Assembly: GCF_032444005.1 (NCBI RefSeq)
Contig: NC_091286.1
Coordinates: 624,092,001-624,156,000, forward strand
Length of the DNA stretch: 64,000 bases
Reading direction: 5' to 3'
From: Ranitomeya imitator
Lineage: Eukaryota
Under the pieces are notes generated by a model. It was not told where the DNA came from and did not search any database. It was given only the letters and a program-made list of their open reading frames with translations. This document shows, piece after piece, positions 55,001 to 64,000 of the stretch. Every line of letters starts with the position of its first letter. Position 1 is the first letter of the stretch. Made by a program: the position numbers and the translations under genes.

Positions 55001-58000
55001 CTGTCGCCCAAGAGTGGGCACACACACCTGGACAGTTGCACCAAGTTGTGACCACGGACCTGTGGGGGGAGTCAGCCCATTTACGGAAGTATAAAAAGGG
55101 CCTATGGTGGACATTTGGCACCTGCAAATGGCGGAATTGGAGCAGTCAGTAAGAGGAGGCCAAATACAAGCAATTTTTCAGGCAAGCTACGTGTCTGCAG
55201 GTGAAGGTGGGGCAAAATAATTCGAAATTCATGATTGGTTCATTTTAATGAAGGTTAGATCATCAACATTTCGGGGAGCCAGACGTGTCCTTTTTTCGGT
55301 CAGTATCGAACCAGCAGCACTGAAGACTCTTTCAGAGAGCACACTAGCAGCTGGGCAAGCGAGCTCCTGTAATGCATATTATGCCAATTCGGGCCAGGTG
55401 TCTAGTTTAGATGCCCAGTAATCAAAGGGGAATGACCTGTGAGAGAGAACATCGATAATGGCGGAAAAATAGTTGGTAACCATACTGGACAAATGCTGTC
55501 TCCTGTCACTTTGCATCGATGCAGCAGTACCTGTCGTGTCTGCGGTCATTGAGAAATCACTCCACAACCTGGTCATAAATCCACTCTGTCCAACACCACT
55601 TCGGCTTTGCGCACCTCTAACAGCTCTTCCATGTTGCCCCCTACAGCTCGTGTAAGAACCATCAGCGCCGCTGTGTGCTGGGAATGCCTGAACCAAACGG
55701 TCTACAAGAGTTGCTTGTTTGGTAGCCAATATTTGCTCAAGGTTCTCATGTGGCATGATATTTTGTAATTTGCCTTTGTATCGTGGATCCAGGAGGCATG
55801 CTAACCAGTAATCGTCATCGGTCATCATTTTGATAATGCGGGGGTCCCATTTTAGGATACGCAAGGCATACTCTGCCATGTGGGCCAAAGTTCCAAGTGT
55901 CAATTCACTGCTTGTGCTGGGTTGAGGAGCACTTTCTTGAAAATTTACATCACTTGTGGCCCGCAAAAACCCTGTACCTGACCTTGCAATGCCACCAGTT
56001 TCTATTGCCCCTATGAAGCATCCTCCTCCCATAAATATTCAGCCCCATCATCCTCCTCCTCCTCATCCGCCACCTCGTCCAGGAAAGTTCCCTGAGCAGA
56101 CAATGGCTGACTGTCATCAAGGCTTCCCTCCTCCTCGGCCGCAGACGCCTGCTCCTTGATGTGCGTCAAACTTTGCATCAGCAGACGCATTAGTGGGATG
56201 CTCATGCTTATGATGGCGTTGTCCGCACTGACCAGCTGTGTGCATTCCTCAAAACAATGAAGGACTTGACAGAGGTCTTGGAGCTTCGACCACTGCACAC
56301 CAGACAACTCCATGTCTGCCATCCAACTGCCTGCCCGTGTATGTGTATCCTCCCACGAATACATGACAGCACGCCTCTGTTCGCACAGCCTCTGAAGCAT
56401 GTGCAGTGTGGAGTTCCACCTTGTTGCCACATCAATTATTAGGCGGTGCAGGGGAAGATTCAGCGATCGCTGATGGTTAAGCATACGGCTGGAGTGTACG
56501 GGCGACTGCGCTCTGTGGACGATCTTTCGCTTCTGGAGGAGGAGGAGGAGGAGCAAACGCCTACAGCCAACTGTTTCCTAGACCGTGGGCTAGGCAGAAC
56601 TGTGCCAGTATTGTTGTCCCCTGTGGATCCTGCATCCACCACATTAACCCAGTGTGCGGTAATGGACACGTAACGTCCCTGGCCATGCCTACTGGTCCAT
56701 GCATCAGTTGTGAGGTGCGCCTTTCTACTGACCGATTGCATGAGTGCATGGACAATGCGTTCTTTGACATGTTGGTAGAGTGCTGGGATGGCTTTTCTCG
56801 CAAAGAAGTGTCGACTGGGTAGGTCATAGAGTGGTACTGCGTTGGCGATGGTATTCTTGATTTGAGCCTACCGACAGTGTTTCCAACCAAGAACCTTGAG
56901 ATTCCCTGACTGCTTTGGCCTTGCGACAATACCTCCACATTTGCTACTGGTGGTGTCAGACTCAAAACCGGTGGGCTTCCAGTTAGGGAAGCAATGTTGC
57001 ATTGCTGACTAGCTTCAATATGAGCAGGTGCACCAATGGTACAGGACGTTTGGTAGTTAGTCCATGCTTCCAAGTGCCTGCTTGTTAGATGTCTAAGCAT
57101 GCACGTTGTTTTTAAATTTAGAACATTCTTCCCTCTGCTAAAGGTCTTGGAGCATTTCTTACATATAACTTTGGACTGATCATTCGGATCTTGGTTAAAA
57201 AATTGCCACACTGCACTCATCCTACTATGGAATACCTTTTCAGGCTTTGCACGCCATGCTACTGTCACCGGATTGCAACGCTGTCCTATACCTGTTGTGG
57301 TTTTTGACACATGTTTTGGGCCTGATGCGGGCCTGCCAGATGACAACTTTTGCGATATAGATGGCTGCTGCAGATCATCCTCCTCTGCTTCTGAGCTACA
57401 GGCTGCGGCACCCTCTTCCCCCAATGGCGGCCAATCAGGGTCAACAACTGGGTCATCTATCACCTCAACTTCAATGTCATGTGCACCGTCCTCTGTGTCA
57501 CCGTGTAAGGTGCTATAGCATTCGGGACTGGGCACCATAGTCTCATCAGGGTCAGATTCGGGCTCAGTACACTGCGAGGGCAAAGTTGTGATCTGAGTCA
57601 ATGGAACAGCATAATAATCAAGCTGTGGCTGTGCATCTGTGCACTCCATGTCCGATTCTTCCTGTAATGGGCTTTTTACAATTTCCCTCTCTAACCCAGG
57701 CATGGTATGTGTAAAGAGTTCCATGGAGTAAAGTGTAGTGTTGCCTTCCGCATCCTTCACTTTGTTTTGGGTGAAGGACACAAGGAAGCAACTTTTTCCG
57801 GACATGGAGCATCCACTGACGACTCGCTGGTTTTAGATTTGGAAGCTTCTGAAGAGGAGGTGAAAGAGCTGGAGGCTGAGTCAGCAAGGAAAGCCAAAAC
57901 TTGTTCCTGCTGGTCCAGCTTTTAAAGCTGTTTTCCTACTCCCAGATAAGGGACCCTTCGAGGCCTTGTGTGGCCAGACGATGACGCTGCCTCTACACCT

Positions 58001-58700
58001 CAAGCCTTTGGTGCTATCTTGTTTTTCCCAGTACCACCAGATGCTCCACTACCACCCCCACCATCATTACCAGTTGGCAACGACCGCCCACGGCCTCTTC
58101 CACCAGACTTCCTCATTTTTGCTGAAATGTTACCAAAACAACAACCGTTATATGCTACTGTTAAACAAGGTAGAAGGTGTATATTAACTATTGGAGAATT
58201 TATATCTCCCTTTTTTTGGCGGGAAGACAGGAGGAAAAAACAGGCCCTGTGTATTACACAACACAATGTACAAGGCAAAACGTGGCTAGCAGATATACGC
58301 CAGACAGAACTCACGTAGATCCACTTAGTGGCTATTTAAAGCACCCTTTTTTTTGGGTGGGAGACTGCATGTAATACCAGGCCTTGTGTGTTAAACTACA
58401 CACACTGTACAAAGCAGAACGTGGGTGGCAGATATACGCCAAACAGAACTCACTTTAATCCACTTAGTGACAATTTAAAGCAGCCTTTTTTTTATTTTTT
58501 TGGGTGGCAGACTGCAGGAAACAACAGGTCCTGTGTGTTAAACTACACACACTGTACAAAGCAGAATGTGGGTGGCAGATATACGCCAAACAGAACTCAC
58601 GTTAATCCACTTAGTGGCAATTTAAAGCAGCCTTTTTTGTTTTTGTGGGAGACTGCAGGAAAAAACAGGCCCAGTGTGTTAAACTACACACAATGTACAA
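52001..58700 (-). mobile_element. Decayed hAT DNA transposon with subterminal tandem arrays
   Basis: Terminus-like AGTTGAGCGAC at ~52004; transposase remnants; arrays of 122 bp (~52950-53700), ~115-127 bp (~53750-54560) and ~140 bp (~58280-58700). The other terminus was not found. Confidence 0.78.
55187..58116 (-). pseudogene. hAT (Ac/ZBED-like) transposase pseudogene
   Basis: BED finger (VWQFF...CKKC...MLRHLTSRH), HLTTDAWTS, DVATRWNST, LLDPRYK, and the C-terminal dimerisation region (WPELA, SVLSERVFSAAG); frameshifts, stops and an internal deletion. Confidence 0.9.
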
Positions 58701-59040
58701 AATGTAAACATATTACCCAAACCCATACCCTCAAACTCAGGGTGGGCAACACTTTCCTAGATATATCAACATATTAACCAACAAAAATCGGTTATTAAAC
58801 CGTACACTGGAAAAAAGTGTTAATGCTCTTTGTATAAAAAGTTATAACTTTATTGAAAACACACATATACACATATACTTAAAATCCAAGACAATACCTC
58901 TGACCCAAATAAATAAAAATAACTGACAGGTAAGCGTTTTAAACAAAAATTGTTTCAGCAGATCACTGATAGTATAATACAAAGATTTAAGTGCGTTATT
59001 ATAGTTCTGGAAAAAACATGCACTCTCAAGCGTGGCACTA

Positions 59041-60643
59041 TGTCACGCTCACGCCCTGACTGGTGGGCGTGAGCTCGGGGGGTTTGTGGCCCCACTGTGC
59101 CACAAACCAGACTACCCTGGAAGGGGCGTGACTATGACAGCTGCCTGGGTTTTCACTGGAGCCTCTGATGGTGAGGACAGGCTTGTGCAGCAGGCAGCTG
59201 CCAGGTGCTACTCCAGGGTGGTGTCTGGCTGTGGCTGCTGATCCCACTTGGGAGACAGGAACACCAGGATTGGTGCGGGCATTAGGCAGGACTGGCAGAA
59301 GAGCACGGCTGGAACACAGACGAGTAGGCTGGCACGGCTGAGACAGGGCTGGCAGAGACACGGCAGAGAACTCAGGGCTGGCAGAGACACGGCAGGAAAC
59401 AGGACTGGCTAGGGCAGCAGGAACACAGGACTGGAAGGCAGGGCAGGAACGGCAGGACTGGCAGGAACACAGGATTGGGAGGCACTGCAGAGAACACAGG
59501 ACTGGAAGGCAGGGCAGGAACGGCAGGACTGGCAGGAACACAGGATACACAGGACTGGTTGATGTGGTGTATGAATCAGGCTGCACTCAGATGACACCCG
59601 AGTGCAGTCCTATTGTGAGAGTGAGGAAGGAACAGGTAGGGACCTGTACACACAGAAGATGCAGGTACGGAAACAAGCCAGAAGAAAAGGAGAATGAAAG
59701 AACAGGTAGGGACCTGTTCACACAGGAGGTGCAGGAAAGGAAACAAGCAGAAAGGAAAGAGGTATGTAGAAACAGGTAGGGACCTGTTCACACAAGAGGA
59801 CCAAGTAACAAGTAGAAGGCGGAACTAAGAGAAGAGAAGGAGAAGGCAGAGCCAAGGTCGGAGCCGCAAGAGGCGGAGCCAAGAGCGGAGACGCTGGAGG
59901 CGGAGCCAAGAGCGGAGACGCTGGAGGCGGAGCCAAGAGCGGAGATGCTGGAGGCGGAGCCAAAAGCAGAGACGGAGCCAAGTGCAGAAACACAGGAGGC
60001 GGAGCCAGATAGTACCGCAAAGAGCGGAGCCAGATAGAACCGCAAAGAGCGGAGCCACAGAGCAAAGCCAGAGAGTGCGAAGCAAGGTCTGAGTGCAGAG
60101 CCGCAAGAGTGCGGAGTGTAAGCAGACAGAAAACACAAGGAAAGAAAGCAGGGAAGGAAGCCACAGAAAAGGAGACCGAGAAAAGACAAAGTACGGACAA
60201 GGCAATAGAACAAGACACAGGGACAAAGACACAGGGACCAGGATATTCTGCCTCCTGGAGGGCGGACTACAAGATCAAGGCAATAGCACAGAGAAAAGCC
60301 TCCAGAGAGGGAGTAACTCAGAGCAAGGCCAGGCAAACTCAGCAGCTAAACACTAACTGAGCTAACACATTGCACAGGCCCAGACCACAGGGTGGAGCTG
60401 CACTATATACAGGAGGCCTCTTGATAATTGGTCAGGAACTGATTGGACAGGTGCACCTGATTCCTATAAGAACCAGAGAGTTCAGGCGCCGGCCCCCTAT
60501 ACACATAGCCATGAGGCATGCAGAGAGCAGAGACACAGAACATGGAGCTGGCATTAAAGAGAAAGCACATCATGGCCTGGAGCAGAGGGTAAGATTGTGT
60601 GAGAGATGTGAGGCCATGCTGTGATGCCAGCAGAGTTGTTACA
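59041..60643 (-). mobile_element. Solo LTR, family C (1603 bp)
   Basis: TGTCACG...GTTACA termini, 5-bp TSD CACTA (59036-59040, 60644-60648); CCAAT and TATATAG on the minus strand at ~60400-60450; internal 27-bp and CAGGACTGG repeats. Confidence 0.88.
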
Positions 60644-61086
60644 CACTATATCGTATAACAGGTATAGTTCCTTTGTATAAGGCAAAGGATAAGCAGTATA
60701 TAGACAAATGTGAATTAAATTAGACCAAAAATAGTCCAGACCAATATCAAAACTGTTTATAAAACCACCTTAGATAATCTAGTGTTTCTATTGCCAAAAG
60801 TACTACAACCAATTATAGGGCACTGCAAAAGCCATATATAGGTATATATAGTGAGTCGGGCACTGAACCGTACGGATCAATTCAACCAATAATCCAAGAT
60901 GTACGTACTCACCAACCAGTGCATGCCATATCATCTAACAACTTATCCTCACTATAAGCAGATATTGCTAACCACTATAGAGAATGCATATAGAGTCAAA
61001 AAGCCAAATAACTCAGCCAAATGCATATTACCCCAGAACTTGGTGATGTTAGCTGACAGCCACGTGGCACGCTACTCCTTGCCAGA

Positions 61087-61123
61087 CCCCGACGCGCGTT
61101 TCGCGACAGCTTCCTCCTGGGGG
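61087..61123 (-). ncRNA. Degenerate hammerhead-like motif in the PLE3 3' region
   Basis: Minus strand CCCC(C)-AGGAGGA-A-GC-TGTC-GC-GAAA-CGCGCG-TC-GGGG; same right half as in PLE2, but the CUGA core is altered. Confidence 0.45.
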
Positions 61124-63135
61124 CGTGTCCGTATAGAGGCATCACAGAGCCTTTAACCAACCATGGGCCAATCACATTCATGGAGGGGCGGTCCCCACTT
61201 CCTTCTACCTACCCACACATGTCCATGGTAACGGCGGGATGCAATGTTACGTAGTAAGTATGCGCCCCGCCAGGTTGTCACAGCAACTCAAACCACTGGC
61301 GCTCACTAATGATAGTGCTAATAGCTCACCGCAATCTACCTGCACATCCAACAAAAGTGACAGCAGCAGGCGAGCTGCATAAAGTGTATTCAAAGTAACA
61401 ATAGTAGGCGGGCTACGTATCCATTAAAAGTGACACCACCAGGCAAGCTCCATGTCTATTCAAATCTCCATGGTAACAACGGTAACCGGGTTGCGTGGGT
61501 AAACCCCACCGGCAGACAAAACTAAGCACATTTTAACCAAATTTAGATATAAATAATGGTAACCATATACGCACAGGGCGGACCTGTATTGGAGCCGACA
61601 GACCGCTTAAACAACACGGAATGACAAAGCCTTATTCCTACTACAGAAAGAGAACCGGACTCCAAGTATGGATTCAACATCAACGCTAAATAACATTATA
61701 AAGACACATGAAATCATATATCATATAATGGCATAGTAACATATATTAATAGAGCTTAGGTCCCGTAAACATGGTACTCACAAATTTATTAGACATATCA
61801 CCGTCAGTAGATGATTGGACCACTAAACAATAATTCAGCAGCCAATATCCACAGCGCACAAGAGGACCTGAGTGATCAAAAAGACTGGAAGCAAGTGAAC
61901 CTACTGCACTCATAAATTTATTTACTGACCATACGAAAATATGGTCAGAAAACGCAATAAAATTGCCGACTCTATGAACAAAGCAGATAAAAAAAGAAGT
62001 GCCAGTGAATAGAAAGCAACCGCCACGGATGGCAAGAGACGGCTGGGGGCTCCCCTGCAGGTTGAGACACCCAGTCATACACTTAGCCTCCGATCAGGTA
62101 AATATAACCAAAGTAAAATGCATGCCAAGTGCAAAAATACAGGAAAATTATATAAAAAATATGCTATTGTGAAATAATATTAAAATGGTGCAAACAACGA
62201 TCCGGTGCGAGTAAGAATCTGACTGTTAGATGAAGCCCCAGTCATCACCATAATGGCCACAGATGCTCAGATGATGAGCCGAGAATAAGATGCCAAACCA
62301 CCAATACCTAAATATGTGAACAAATATATATTTTAAAAAAATATATATATATAATAATTAATAAAATGAAAAATGCTGAAGTAAACAATAAATGTATAAG
62401 GAATAGAGAACTATTAACCAGAGCCAAAACAATTCTCTTTTGAATAAAAACCAGACATACTCTTGCTGTGAATACACCAATATGACAAAGTCCATTGTTT
62501 ATAAATTCCAAAACAAAGTTTGAAAAGAGGCTATGGCTAGCTAAAAAATACTGCATGATTGATCAAATATACCTGTCCCTTAAAACTTAATTTGGATATA
62601 TTAAAGAGACCCTTCAAGTCCATATTTTTATAAAGTAGGAACATCCAAGAGACATGAACCATGCAGATATTTGCTAGACAAAGTCTTCAAAATAATTATG
62701 CACAGTCTCTTTATCAGGCTTATTGGCTGAAGCATCCACATGTCCATCTCTGGCAGATGAAATAGAGCCAAGACTTGAAAACCACGACATAGCGCTGTCT
62801 GTCCACTGATGAAAATTAGTGCAGGCAATTATAAGCCTATTCCATGTCGTCCGTAACAGCAGCCTTGTTACATAACACTCCACAATGGTCCGTATGAGAC
62901 GAGATCTAGAAGGTAGGGCAAAAATTGTCTGTCCTCATTCACAAGACATGAAATCCAGATGATAAATCCCTGGGTGCACACCCCATGGTAAGATGGAGAA
63001 AGACTCTATGAAAAAGAAAACTGAAATTAAAACCAATAAAAACACTAAAAACAACCTCAAAAGACACACAAACTAAATGTTAAAAATGACCGAAGTGAAA
63101 CCATGAATAATTATGACACAGAAAGATCATGCAAG

Positions 63136-63657
63136 TCACAAAAAGGCCCCAAAGCCCAAATTCTCGTTGAGGCCCTGAGGTGCCAGGGTCCCCAGACGGT
63201 AGATCCATCTGCTTTCGACTTGAGCCAATTTCTTGGCCAAGTCGCCTCCTCTTGGGCCCATGTTTACAGTATCAATAGCTTTTACCTTCATCAGGCTTGG
63301 GTCGCAATTGTGGAATTTCATATAGTGCCTTGGGAGTGTTTAGAGACTAGTGATGTCATTTACTGTTTTAGCCTTTATTATATCTAAACAGTGCTCACGG
63401 ACACGCATCTTAAGTTCTCTCGTGGTAAGACCTATGTAGATCTTGCCGCATGGACAAGTCGAGTGATATATCACTCCCTTAGATCCACACGAGAGAAATG
63501 TTCTAATTTCATAACTTCTTGACCCTTCAAAGTTAGAAATTTTTTTAGCTTTGACACAGTTGGCACAAGCCTTGCAGCTACCACAAGGAAAAAATCCAGT
63601 GAGATCCTGGCTTGGTCCTTTGTTCTTCCTAATTGGCACATAATGACTGTGTACTAA
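63136..63657 (-). pseudogene. PLE3 GIY-YIG endonuclease fragment
   Basis: FFPCGSCKACANC, VIYHSTCPCGKIYIGLTTRELKMRVREH, ESRWIYRLGTLAPQGLNENL; frame break near 63330; cut by a MITE at 63658. Confidence 0.9.
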
Positions 63658-64000
63658 AGGTACCTTCACACATAACGATATTGTTAACGATATCGTTGCT
63701 ATTTGTGACGTAGCAACGATATCGTTAATGAAATCGTTATGTGTGACAGCGACCAACGATCAGGCCCCTGCTGGGAGATCGTTGGTCGCTGAACAAAGTC
63801 CAGAACTTTATTTCGTCGCTGGACTCCCTGGAGACATCGCTGGATCGGCGTGTGTGACACCGATCCAGCGATGTCTTCACTGGTAACCAGGGTAAACATC
63901 GGGTAACTAAGCGCAGGGCCGCGCTTAGTAACCCGATGTTTACCCTGGTTACCATGCTAAAAGTAAAAAAAAACAAACACTACATACTTACCTACCGCTG
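63658..64000. mobile_element. MITE family H1 (runs off the window end)
   Basis: TAA|AGGTACCTTCACAC start and the internal GGTAACCAGGGTAAACATCGGG hairpin. Confidence 0.87.

Larger units (their letters stand above)
58703..63657 (-). mobile_element. Penelope-like retroelement PLE3, 3' portion (endonuclease + long 3' UTR/pLTR), split by solo LTR C
   Basis: GIY-YIG fragments at 63136-63657, a hammerhead-like remnant at 61087-61123, and AATAAA on the minus strand at ~58850. That the whole intervening region belongs to the element is inferred. Confidence 0.55.

Noticed and set aside
59038-60360. Several 130-180-aa ORFs in LTR C
   Set aside because: Produced by stop-poor tandem repeats, open in multiple frames, with low-complexity translations.
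62628-62883. Short ORFs downstream of the PLE3 endonuclease
   Set aside because: No motif recognised; treated as UTR or unassigned sequence.

Overview
Eukaryotic, intergenic or intronic DNA made almost entirely of nested transposable elements. The repeat types suggest a vertebrate, probably a frog (inference). There are no bacterial genes or CRISPR arrays and no host gene I can identify; one possible host exon lies at 12257-12422 (-). Main contents: (1) three Penelope-like retroelements (PLEs, RT + GIY-YIG endonuclease): a head-to-head inverted duplication with ~3.1-kb arms (1-6646), a complete insertion with two pseudo-LTRs and a 14-bp TSD (23636-29823), and a 3' fragment (58.7-63.7 kb); each carries a minimal hammerhead-ribozyme-like motif. 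(2) An apparently intact Ty3/Gypsy element (36882-45077) with 889-bp LTRs, a tRNA-Ser PBS, gag, a U_UUA_AAC -1 frameshift site and pol. It carries a CR1 fragment, sits inside a solo LTR of a related family, and that LTR sits inside a hammerhead-containing palindrome. (3) Two further solo LTRs, many TAA/TTA-flanked (PIF/Harbinger-type) MITEs, a TTAA-flanked piggyBac-like element with telomere-like and ~390-bp repeats, a decayed hAT transposase, a Tc1 end, and several tandem arrays. The most unusual signal is an 84-nt segment inside the family-A LTRs. On the antisense strand it starts like the 5' end of tRNA-Ser (GTCACGGTGGC), ends like its 3' end including CCA (GTTCGTGACGCCA), and is complementary to the PBS of the related Gypsy element. 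It may be a self-encoded primer mimic or a bipartite primer-binding signal. All coordinates were read by eye and no database searches were run.
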